From: a virus
Strand: one strand, 5' to 3'
DNA length: 64,000 nt
IMG/VR virus record: IMGVR_UViG_3300025887_000011
Coordinates: 27,808 to 91,807 of that record
Shown here one piece after another: positions 1-8,676 of the stretch. Position 1 is the first letter of the stretch; the number at the start of each line of letters is the position of its first letter. The notes beneath the pieces are model-generated. The model was not told the origin of the DNA. It saw only the letters and a program-made list of their open reading frames with translations, and searched no databases. Made by a program: the position numbers and the translations under genes.

Positions 1-5
1 TATAT

Positions 6-239
6 TTATGAAGCTGTACCTATTTTCTTGCCCTGCAAACGGATGCCAGTGACACTTGTTTTTGCCAGCTTGGTGCGAGATCCGCTGTTTCTGTCGTATA
101 CATTGATGTAAGATGCCGTCTCAGAAACGAACTGAGCGTTAATAGCTTTTCCCGATTTTGTGTATAGACCGAAATAACGACCTTTACTTGAACGGATGGC
201 TTTCATAATTTGGTTTTGTGTTCTTGTACTCATATTCAT
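6..239 (-). CDS. Small basic protein, Hfq/Sm-like fold candidate (real start may be the ATG at 233)
   Basis: TQNQIMKAIR...GLYTKSGKAINAQFVS...LAKTSVTGI aligns by eye with Hfq LQDPFLNALR...SIYLVNGIKLQGQIES...VYKHAISTV; has its own consensus promoter. Confidence 0.5.
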   Translation of the reverse strand: MNMSTRTQNQIMKAIRSSKGRYFGLYTKSGKAINAQFVSETASYINVYDRNSGSRTKLAKTSVTGIRLQGKKIGTAS

Positions 240-241
240 AT

Positions 242-270
242 ATATTAAACTATCTTGATCTGATTGTCAA
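242..270 (-). promoter_or_regulatory. Sigma70-type promoter TTGACA-N17-TAATAT for the Hfq-like gene
   Basis: -35 at 270-265, -10 at 247-242; ATG at 233 follows after 8 nt. Confidence 0.75.
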
Positions 271-2683
271 CATCTTTTATTGTTATTTGTGATTTTTTAG
301 AATTTGAAATAACTATTTTAGCCAATGGTATGTGGATTTTATCGTAGATATACCTTTTTATATCTCTTGCATGCATTTTCTTATTAGTAATATCCTGAAA
401 AATGCAGTTAATTGATGATGCTTTTACGTTTATTTCAAGACCTCTATCGTGCAACTTGTTTTTAACTTTATCAACCTCATGTTTTATGATTCTTTTCATG
501 TCAGAGTCGCATAGCTCATCAAAAACCAAAACATCATTTATCCTTGCTAACAGTTCTGGTTTTAATTCTTTTTTTACGGAGTTTTTATAAGAATCCTCTT
601 CGCTCTCATCATTTTGGACAAAACCCATACTTCTTTTTTTAACTTCTTTATGACCTATATTACTAGTAAGTATTACTATAGATTTAGAAAAGTCTACTTT
701 TTCATGTTTGTTATCCTCCACGTAACCTTCATCTAGAAGATGAAGCAATATATTTAGTATTTGAGGGTCAGCTTTTTCAACCTCATCAAACAAAACGACA
801 CAGTTGGGATTATCTTTAACAAAATTAGTCAATAAGCCCCCTTCTTCGTAACCAACATAGCCAGAGTTAGAACCAATAAGTTTACTAATTCCTGTCTTAT
901 CATAAAGCTCGCTCATGTTGATTTGGAGAATAGCTTTTTCATTACCAAAAAAGTTTTTTGCTATTTTTTTAGCCGTGTAAGTTTTACCAACACTAGTAGG
1001 CCCAACAAAAAACATGCTAGCTAAAGGTTTGTTTTCCTCTGTTAAACCTGCTTTAGCGCAAGAAAGTAAGTCTGTAATAGTATCTATTGCTTTATCTTGA
1101 CCGAATACTTCTTTTTTAATCCTTGAAGAGAAAGAAGTGAAGTTTTGACTTCCAGATTTAACTTGATCAGCTGAAATTTTTGCATGTTCAGCTATAACAT
1201 CAATTATATCTTCTTTCTTTATTTTTATAGGTTTTACATCTTTGTTATTCCTGACGCCATCTAGATCATCAAGAAAGTAGTTTAGTTTTTCTTTTATTAA
1301 AGTTTCGCTGATTTCTTTTTCTGTTAAGCATTTTATTAGATCGTCGTGCTTATCCATTATATCTTTACAAGGCTTTGAGTTCTTAATTTTAACTCTAGAT
1401 CCAACTTGGTCTATTATATCAAAAGCTTTATCTGGAAACTTTTTATTACTAATTAAACTAGAAGAAAAATCAACAACACAATCTATAATGGGTTTAGTGA
1501 AAATTACGTTGTGAAATTCTTCATACTTGCTTTTGCATTTGTAAAGTATTTGTTTTGTTTCATCTTTTGTAGGCTCTTCTACTTTAACCTCAAAGAATCT
1601 ACGCTTCATCGCGCTATCCTTTTTGAATATTTTATTATATTCTTCAGTTGTTGTAGCTCCTATACATTTAATTTCTCCTCTAGCTAAATAAGGTTTCATC
1701 ATGTTCGCTGCATCTATGCTACCTTCTTGGTTGCCTCCTGCTCCAAATATAGTATGTATCTCGTCAAAAAATAAAACTGTATTAGTAGACTTTTTAGCCA
1801 TCTGTAATAGAGATTTAAACTTTTGCTCGAATTGACCTCTATACTGAGTACCAGCAAGCATTGATCCTATATTGACGCTAAGTATTTCCATACCAAACAT
1901 ATTAGATGGTATTTCTGCTTTGCATATTTTAGCAACAAGAGCTTCTACAATCGCTGTTTTTCCAACACCAGCATTACCAGTTAATATTGCATTGCTTTTA
2001 TTTTTTTTAGATATTGTTTCTATAAGCAGCGATACCTCATCGTCCCTGCCATAGACATCTGGAAGTCCGCCCTCCATATAAACACTGTTTAAATGAGTTA
2101 CAAAATCTGGAGTTTCTTCTTCTTGTTCGTTATAAGTTTCCAAAACTTGAACTTCATCAACTAAATCTTCCATTCCAAAATATGAATTGTCCTCTTCAGA
2201 CAGATCAAAATCACCATTAACAAAAATAGCTAGTTTTTCTACAAAAGATTCGTACTCTAAAATATTATCACTAATACATTCAGATACATGTACAGATGTA
2301 TTTAATAAAGCTAAGATTATATGCTCTACACCTATATAGTGTTGATCTAACTTATGAGATATTTTGTTAGCTTCTCCAATTGTATAAACTACTTCTTTAT
2401 TCCAAGGGTCAGAGTTTTTATTTACAAAAAAATGCTTGCTATCTTTTTCAGCAGATTCTTTTATAATATCTAAAGCTTCATGATGATTTATCATGAAGCC
2501 ATTAATCATTAAAAAATTGGTGATTTCTGTAGATGCATTTTTTAAACAGCCATATAAAACGTGCAAGTTAGTTATGTTTTTATGCCCAAGTTCTTTTGAA
2601 ACTGAATAAGCATCTGTATATGCTTTTTTTGCTCTAGGGGTAAGGTTAAAGTCTTTAAATATCACGTTGTTGTTTACACTCAT
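245..2683 (-). CDS. clpC: ClpC/ClpA-type Hsp100 AAA+ ATPase
   Basis: N-terminal Clp repeats (HVLYG, EHIILAL); AAA1 GNAGVGKT/FFDEIH/GTQYRG; AAA2 GPTSVGKT/LFDEVEK/GYVGY; short middle domain; SMGF ClpP-docking loop. Confidence 0.9.
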   Translation of the reverse strand: MSVNNNVIFKDFNLTPRAKKAYTDAYSVSKELGHKNITNLHVLYGCLKNASTEITNFLMINGFMINHHEALDIIKESAEKDSKHFFVNKNSDPWNKEVVYTIGEANKISHKLDQHYIGVEHIILALLNTSVHVSECISDNILEYESFVEKLAIFVNGDFDLSEEDNSYFGMEDLVDEVQVLETYNEQEEETPDFVTHLNSVYMEGGLPDVYGRDDEVSLLIETISKKNKSNAILTGNAGVGKTAIVEALVAKICKAEIPSNMFGMEILSVNIGSMLAGTQYRGQFEQKFKSLLQMAKKSTNTVLFFDEIHTIFGAGGNQEGSIDAANMMKPYLARGEIKCIGATTTEEYNKIFKKDSAMKRRFFEVKVEEPTKDETKQILYKCKSKYEEFHNVIFTKPIIDCVVDFSSSLISNKKFPDKAFDIIDQVGSRVKIKNSKPCKDIMDKHDDLIKCLTEKEISETLIKEKLNYFLDDLDGVRNNKDVKPIKIKKEDIIDVIAEHAKISADQVKSGSQNFTSFSSRIKKEVFGQDKAIDTITDLLSCAKAGLTEENKPLASMFFVGPTSVGKTYTAKKIAKNFFGNEKAILQINMSELYDKTGISKLIGSNSGYVGYEEGGLLTNFVKDNPNCVVLFDEVEKADPQILNILLHLLDEGYVEDNKHEKVDFSKSIVILTSNIGHKEVKKRSMGFVQNDESEEDSYKNSVKKELKPELLARINDVLVFDELCDSDMKRIIKHEVDKVKNKLHDRGLEINVKASSINCIFQDITNKKMHARDIKRYIYDKIHIPLAKIVISNSKKSQITIKDVDNQIKIV

Positions 2684-5223
2684 TTTAGTTCTGAAAGTTT
2701 CATATAAATTTTTTCTCTTAATGGACGAAGGGTGTTGATGAATATCAAATCGTCAGCGGTATCACCAACAACTATAACAACGTCACCTTTCTTCGGCAAC
2801 TTATTACCACAATTTAGGTAGTCTGTCAACCTTTCTTGTCTGTCTGAATCCATAAATAATCCAGAAACAGTTCCAAGTTCATCATTTATATCAAGCCTAG
2901 CATACTTATTTCCATTTCTACTTGTCCTCCTGCTTATATCTGCAATAATACCCACAAATTTAACAGTTCTTCTTGCTTGAGAAAGCCTGATCTCCTCAGA
3001 TGTCTGAAAAGACTCTTCATCGCCGCTACTAAATATCTCTCTTACGTTATAAGAATAACTATATCCAAGTAGTTTGGTCTCAAAAAACCAATTAGCAAAC
3101 TTTAAGTGGCTTGTGTTTTGTTCGTAAATGCTTTTATATGGATCATACTTTTTCTTAAAGGTGTTAAATCTTTTGTCTGAAAAAAGAACTCTACCATCAT
3201 CAGCGGGTGTGGTCTCAGACCTGCAATCATGAATTGTATTTAGGATATCATAGTTGAATTTAGGTCCTAGTTCTATTACATTTCTTTTTTCTCTGTCAGT
3301 TAATATATTGAATGTTTGAGCCTCAAGAACTAATCTACATCTGTCTTTATCAACAAAAGAATCAAGAAGACCAGCTTGGGCAAACGCAGACATAGTTCCT
3401 ATATTAACACCGCAATCTTTTGCCGTGATAAATACATCATACTTGTTTTTAAAAGATCCTTCTCTGAACTCAACCAGCGATTCCATAACTTTATCTGAAA
3501 CACCTTTAATTGAATTTAATCCATATCTAATGTTTTTACCTTCAATTTTGAAATCAAAACCTGACAGATTTAAATCTGGAGGAAGTAGCTTTATGTCAAA
3601 AAAAGAAAGCTCTTGAGCAATACTTGTAATCTCATCATGAGAATTTGGCTCGAATCTCGCCATTTTCAATAAACTTAAGAAGAATTCTTGTGGGTAATTA
3701 AACTTAAGGTAAACTGTAAGTGCGGCTAAATATGCATACGATATACTATGAGACTTATTAAACGAATAGTTAGCTGAGTCTTCAGCAACCTTCCATAAGA
3801 CTTCTCCTATTACTGGATCTAAATTGTTACTTTTTATTTTTTCTTCAATTTTAGCTTTCCATGCTGGCATGTCCTCAACCTTTTTCTTTCCTACTATTCT
3901 TCTAAGTTGCTCTGACTCATCAAGACTAAAGCCAACTTTAACAGCCATCTTCATTAACTGCTCTTGGTAAAGAGGAATGCCTCCTGTATAACTAAGTATA
4001 TCATCAAAAAATTCATGCACACAATTGAACTCTCCAGTTCTTACATATTCAGCATAACTATCTTTGAAATCCAAAGCCCCTGGACGAGCTATAGCGACAA
4101 CGGCAGACAATTGCTCAAGGTTTCTGGGCGCGACTTGCTTACAAACCTTGAAGTTTACTTCCGCTTCGATCTGAAACAATCCTTTAGGTTGTTGGAGACA
4201 AGCTAACGCTGCATAGATGCTTTCGTCGCTAGGGTCGATGTCACAGGCTTTGATGCCAATTTGGTTACATACGTCATGAACCACTGAAAGCGTCCTCAGT
4301 CCAAGTATATCGAACTTAACACTAAGGCTTGCTACGTCATCCATATCATAACCAGACACTAAAGCTCCTTCATTTGTTTTTTGAAGAGGCATTATGTCTG
4401 TCTGATTATAATAGCTAATCGATATTCCAGAAGGATGGACTCCAGTATTCTTTATTAAACCTTCTAGTTTTTTTGATATTTTAAATGACTTCTTGTACTT
4501 GTCAGCATAAACTCTGAAACTTTCACTTTCTTCGTAAGCTTGCGAAAGCTTTGCTACCTTCCCAAAGTGTTTTGGTATAGTGTCACTAATTTGATTAACA
4601 TCTATCTCGGATAAACCATCAACGATTTTGCCACATTCTTTAACACAAAGCTTAGAACTTAAAGTATTTAAGGTTAAAATCTTAGATGTTTTTCCTTTAT
4701 ATTTTTTTTCAATGTATTCAATAACTTCAACTCTTCTATCATAGGATATATCGTTGTCCACATCAGCCAAAAGAGAACCATCTAAATAAGTTACTCCGTT
4801 ATGCTCTATTTTTTTAGCCCTACTCTTAGAAACAAAACGCTCAAAGAAAAGCTCGTATTTAATAGGGTCAATATTGGTGACCCCAAGCAGGTAAAGAACC
4901 AAGCTTCCAGCAGCGCTACCTCTGCCAGCACCAGTTGGGATATCTTTAGATTTACAAAAGTCAAGTATGTCCCAATTCAAAAGTATATAATCGACAAAAC
5001 CAAGCTCCTCTAAAATTTCCAGTTCAGTTTCTGTTCTTTTGTAATACTCAGATCTGTTTTCTTTTTTAGTTATGCCTCTTTCTCTCAAACCCTTTCTGCA
5101 AAGCTGTTTTAGAATATCAAAACTAGAAGCGTTAGAGTCTAGATCTAAATCTTTTAAAGTTTTATCAGGAACTTCGATTTCTGGGAGCTTAACTCCTACT
5201 GGGAATGGCGTTTGATAGTTCAT
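2680..5223 (-). CDS. dnaE: DNA polymerase III alpha catalytic core lacking the PHP domain
   Basis: GRGSAAGSL, FERF, ADVDND (PDIDxD variant), KFDILGL, YQEQ, YSFNKSHS, HhH (GLNSIKGV), C-terminal OB fold. Confidence 0.95.
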   Translation of the reverse strand: MNYQTPFPVGVKLPEIEVPDKTLKDLDLDSNASSFDILKQLCRKGLRERGITKKENRSEYYKRTETELEILEELGFVDYILLNWDILDFCKSKDIPTGAGRGSAAGSLVLYLLGVTNIDPIKYELFFERFVSKSRAKKIEHNGVTYLDGSLLADVDNDISYDRRVEVIEYIEKKYKGKTSKILTLNTLSSKLCVKECGKIVDGLSEIDVNQISDTIPKHFGKVAKLSQAYEESESFRVYADKYKKSFKISKKLEGLIKNTGVHPSGISISYYNQTDIMPLQKTNEGALVSGYDMDDVASLSVKFDILGLRTLSVVHDVCNQIGIKACDIDPSDESIYAALACLQQPKGLFQIEAEVNFKVCKQVAPRNLEQLSAVVAIARPGALDFKDSYAEYVRTGEFNCVHEFFDDILSYTGGIPLYQEQLMKMAVKVGFSLDESEQLRRIVGKKKVEDMPAWKAKIEEKIKSNNLDPVIGEVLWKVAEDSANYSFNKSHSISYAYLAALTVYLKFNYPQEFFLSLLKMARFEPNSHDEITSIAQELSFFDIKLLPPDLNLSGFDFKIEGKNIRYGLNSIKGVSDKVMESLVEFREGSFKNKYDVFITAKDCGVNIGTMSAFAQAGLLDSFVDKDRCRLVLEAQTFNILTDREKRNVIELGPKFNYDILNTIHDCRSETTPADDGRVLFSDKRFNTFKKKYDPYKSIYEQNTSHLKFANWFFETKLLGYSYSYNVREIFSSGDEESFQTSEEIRLSQARRTVKFVGIIADISRRTSRNGNKYARLDINDELGTVSGLFMDSDRQERLTDYLNCGNKLPKKGDVVIVVGDTADDLIFINTLRPLREKIYMKLSELK

Positions 5224-5852
5224 ATTTCAATTTCTAAAATTTGTCTTCTAAATATTTGGAAGTTCATTTCGATGTCATAAAGAGCATCATGTAAACGTTT
5301 CTGGTCAAAAGTAATATCATATTTTTTAAGCAGAGTCAACTGAGAAGTTTTTAAACCTCTCTCCCTAAAGTTTAGCCATTTATATTGCCAGTAAATAAAA
5401 TTATCTTTATCCACTGGGGCGTTTTTAGCTATGGCCGTAGCTATAGCTTTAGTGTCAATGATTCTCTTGATATAAGATTGATCTAGTTTTTCCCCAATAA
5501 GATTTCTCCATACATCAACCATATAAACATCAAAAGCAAGAAGGTTTTGCCCTACGATTAAATAGTCATCATCATAAAGGTATTTTGAGAACTCGCTCCA
5601 AACTTTATCTGCTGGTTCCGAATTGTTCTTGTAATACTCTTTATCAAAACCAGTTATTCTTGCAGCGTCTGGAGAAACGTTTAAGTCGTCCCAATGTATA
5701 AGTTTATCGTATTTTTTAATAACTCTGTCTCCCTCAACAACAATCCAAGCTGCTTGCCAAGGCTTAGACTTGATTAGATTCAAGCCTTCAGTTTCTGTAT
5801 CAAATATGATATATTTTTGGTTTCTTTTAAACCTAAGAAGTGATTCATTCAT
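5220..5852 (-). CDS. DEDDh 3'-5' proofreading exonuclease (DnaQ-like); start revised to ATG 5852
   Basis: ExoI FDTETEG, ExoII GQNLLAFD, ExoIII HDALYD. Confidence 0.9.
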   Translation of the reverse strand: MNESLLRFKRNQKYIIFDTETEGLNLIKSKPWQAAWIVVEGDRVIKKYDKLIHWDDLNVSPDAARITGFDKEYYKNNSEPADKVWSEFSKYLYDDDYLIVGQNLLAFDVYMVDVWRNLIGEKLDQSYIKRIIDTKAIATAIAKNAPVDKDNFIYWQYKWLNFRERGLKTSQLTLLKKYDITFDQKRLHDALYDIEMNFQIFRRQILEIEI

Positions 5853-5854
5853 AA

Positions 5855-6598
5855 TTAAACTTGTTCTTTGTAAGACTCCCAGCAAAACTCATCACTACCA
5901 AAATGACTTAAGTTTGGATTAGACAATGTTGCTTGCCTACCAAAAGATCTATTACACAGAACTTTATAAGTTTGCAATGCTTCTACATCCTCTTTGTTTT
6001 TGTATTTGATTGTTTTGACTAAGCTTATAGGGTATTTGCCGTCGACAAAAGATTTAACCTTATCTTCTAGAAGAGAATCAAAAGGGAGGTTATTTCTTTC
6101 TATCCAAAACCTAGGGTTTAAGCCTTCTAAATAAGGTATGCAGTTTTTTAGAAAGAAGTTATTTTCATGTATGAAACTACCATAAAAAGGAACAACAAAA
6201 GAAAGATGTTTGTTATTCCAGAACCTTATTAGGTTATCATAATTAATTTTGCCACCACACTCAGTGAAAGCAAAAGAATAAATCTTGTTTAAAAGCTTAC
6301 AACCTTCGTCGTCTAAAGCAAAAATTACAGCCTTATGGGAGTCATCTTTATTTTCGCTTTCAGAGTTATTGCAAAGATTAATCTTTAATCCATAAGTCAA
6401 TCTAATGTCGTTTTCTTTGCAGACATGAAAAGCTTTCATGAAGCTTGTTAGATTGTCTTCAACAAGAACTAGATCTTTTAAACCTTCCTCTTTACAGATT
6501 GAAATTATTGAGTCTGGACCCTCATCCGATTCAGAGTTGTTTAAAGTTAGTATACTTTTACCTGTAGAGTAGCAAGAAGTAAATATCGGCTTGATCAT
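5855..6598 (-). CDS. Stand-alone PHP domain of the DnaE replicase, metal ligands degenerate
   Basis: FTSCYS..KSIL, LVEDN..SF..AF, GLKI, ALDDEG.K.L.KI.S.A match the DnaE N-terminal PHP pattern without the conserved His residues; adjacent to exo and pol genes. Confidence 0.85.
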   Translation of the reverse strand: MIKPIFTSCYSTGKSILTLNNSESDEGPDSIISICKEEGLKDLVLVEDNLTSFMKAFHVCKENDIRLTYGLKINLCNNSESENKDDSHKAVIFALDDEGCKLLNKIYSFAFTECGGKINYDNLIRFWNNKHLSFVVPFYGSFIHENNFFLKNCIPYLEGLNPRFWIERNNLPFDSLLEDKVKSFVDGKYPISLVKTIKYKNKEDVEALQTYKVLCNRSFGRQATLSNPNLSHFGSDEFCWESYKEQV

Positions 6599-6604
6599 GT
6601 TATG

Positions 6605-6632
6605 ATATTAGCATAAATCATAAGTTTGTCAA
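6605..6632 (-). promoter_or_regulatory. Sigma70-type promoter TTGACA-N16-TAATAT with extended -10 TG; probably leaderless
   Basis: -35 at 6632-6627, -10 at 6610-6605, ATG at 6598 after 6 nt. Confidence 0.75.
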
Positions 6633-7654
6633 GATGAATGTGCAGGGCAACCAGGATAATACTTCATTTCATATGAACCTCCTTCTGGAACCATTTCTTC
6701 TGAAAACTCATCGTCAAAACAAGATTTTGCAAAGTTGCCATTTGAATCTCTAATGTCATAATAAAAGAAATCAAACTTCATTCCACAATACCACATTGGA
6801 GTGCCATCTTTTTTAAGTTGTCCCTTTTCTTTAGCGAAACCACAAAGAAGTTTGCAACTAAAAGAACCATCGCTAGGGAAACCTTTGTAAGCCGCCATGT
6901 TCTTTGTAGCAGATTCTTCATTAAAATTATCTAGATACTCTTGAATCTCAGTAAGATGATGTTCGAAACCGTGGAGATCATGTTCATCAAGAGGCTTCAT
7001 TCTTACTATGCCGCTTTTTTTGACATCTGGTATTAAGTCAAACTTAAGAAACAAAAATTCACTTTGTTTTGTTTCGTACTCTGGAAATAGATGCTTAACA
7101 GCAAGACTATACATTAGATCCTGCATGTTGTCTTCTGCATCCTTACCTTTGAATGTTTCCTTGCTTGTTTTAAAGTCTCTAATTAAAGCGAATTTTTTAT
7201 CTTTATAAAGAAAAAGTTTATCAATAAACCCTCTGATTTTATATTTTACTGTACCGTCATTAACTACGATGTGGAAGTCTTTTTCTGAATGCTCTTCAGT
7301 AGGATCTACTTCTGTATCTCCAAAAAAATCATACATCAAACCATTAAGGGTCATCTCTTTCATCATCTGAACGTTATCTTTATCATCAACGCCCTCCCTT
7401 ATCGCATGTTTCATTATTAGCCTTTTTATAGACGGAACACTGAATACATCAAGAGTACGGATAATTTCGTCAAAGTAATGTCTTCTTCTTTTTTCTCCCA
7501 AAACTTCAAAAATTAAGTGACAAATAGAACCTCTTCTAGCTCCATCATTACTCCTGTCTGGAAGCTTTAGTTTATACTTAGACCAGTAAAGCCAAGAACA
7601 ACTTTCTGCTGTTTTGATTCTGCTTGCCGACAATGTTGTTATTGGTTCACTCAT
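6629..7654 (-). CDS. PD-(D/E)XK RecB/AddB/Cas4-like exonuclease
   Basis: LSASRI..C, G..H, RGFID, IRDFKT, Q...Y motifs; C-terminal Cys cluster (CKLLC...C). Confidence 0.85.
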   Translation of the reverse strand: MSEPITTLSASRIKTAESCSWLYWSKYKLKLPDRSNDGARRGSICHLIFEVLGEKRRRHYFDEIIRTLDVFSVPSIKRLIMKHAIREGVDDKDNVQMMKEMTLNGLMYDFFGDTEVDPTEEHSEKDFHIVVNDGTVKYKIRGFIDKLFLYKDKKFALIRDFKTSKETFKGKDAEDNMQDLMYSLAVKHLFPEYETKQSEFLFLKFDLIPDVKKSGIVRMKPLDEHDLHGFEHHLTEIQEYLDNFNEESATKNMAAYKGFPSDGSFSCKLLCGFAKEKGQLKKDGTPMWYCGMKFDFFYYDIRDSNGNFAKSCFDDEFSEEMVPEGGSYEMKYYPGCPAHSS

Positions 7655-8672
7655 TTAATTTAGCAGCTTTCTTTAAGTCTAACTTAGAGAAATTGTTTTT
7701 ATTGTTTTTAACGAAATTCGAAATAAATAGTCTTTGTTTGATTTTGTCTGTTTCTTTTTCTTCCCAAGAAGAGAAGTTAGCAGAAGACTCATTTGCGTCG
7801 CCAAAGTCGTTAAAACCCTTTGGCGGAAGTTTAATGGTTAAGTTTTCTAGGTCGAAGTAACGAGAAAGCTTTAGGTAGTTTTTAACACACCCAATTAAAC
7901 CTCTATTCTCTTTAGAATCGAAATCATTGTTTCCAGCAATTATAACTTCATCTAAAACCTTGCTTGACAAATAAGATATAAGAGATGGGCTTATTGATAA
8001 ACCGAAAACAACTAAAACGTTTTTTATTCCGTTTTGATATAAAGACATTGCATCTCCTATACTTTCAGTAAGATATACCGAACGCTTTTCATTTATAATG
8101 GAATCTACAGTTTCTTCATTCGGTATATAAGCTGGATATATCCAATTATTTTTTTTACCCAAATGCTTCCACTTTGCAAAGTTATTTTCGTCCACCCTTC
8201 TTCCAGAAAAACCTACTATCTGAGAATGTTCGTTATAAATAGGGAAAACCATTCTCCTGTACATTTGTCCCGAACCAGCGAGACCAACTCTAAATGATTT
8301 TTGAGTTTCTTCTGATATTTTTTTGGGCAAATAAAAATTATAATTAGGAAATAACTTTTGTAAAATTGATTCATCGTATACTTTTTCCATTTCTATGAGT
8401 GCTTTCTGTTTGTATTCTGTGAAATCTGATACGTTTGATTCTATCGATCTCAATACAGAATTTAATTTCTTTTTATCGTCTTTTAGAGTAAGTTTAACTA
8501 AAGCCTCAAAAGGTTTAGATTTATTTCCATGAATAAAATCTATCCAAACTCCAGTATTTTTATATATTCTTAGAGCAGTCTGATTATCCCCAGACCTATA
8601 TAGAGCACTAGTCCTCCAATGGTTTCCGCAATCAACAAGATTGTAACCAAGCTCCTCTAATATTTGCTTCAT
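7647..8672 (-). CDS. dnaG: DnaG-type DNA primase; start revised to ATG 8672
   Basis: RMVFPI...GFSGR..KW, TOPRIM LTESIGDAMSL, NNDFD, NDFGD; next to DnaB. Confidence 0.88.
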   Translation of the reverse strand: MKQILEELGYNLVDCGNHWRTSALYRSGDNQTALRIYKNTGVWIDFIHGNKSKPFEALVKLTLKDDKKKLNSVLRSIESNVSDFTEYKQKALIEMEKVYDESILQKLFPNYNFYLPKKISEETQKSFRVGLAGSGQMYRRMVFPIYNEHSQIVGFSGRRVDENNFAKWKHLGKKNNWIYPAYIPNEETVDSIINEKRSVYLTESIGDAMSLYQNGIKNVLVVFGLSISPSLISYLSSKVLDEVIIAGNNDFDSKENRGLIGCVKNYLKLSRYFDLENLTIKLPPKGFNDFGDANESSANFSSWEEKETDKIKQRLFISNFVKNNKNNFSKLDLKKAAKLNE

Positions 8673-8676
8673 TTTA

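Noticed and set aside
2680-6598. Split intein or intron joining the DnaE pieces
   Set aside because: No intein N-terminal (C/S) or C-terminal HN motifs, and no non-coding spacers between the ORFs
6629-7654. CRISPR-Cas system suggested by the Cas4-like nuclease
   Set aside because: No repeat-spacer array or other cas genes; it sits among replication and recombination genes
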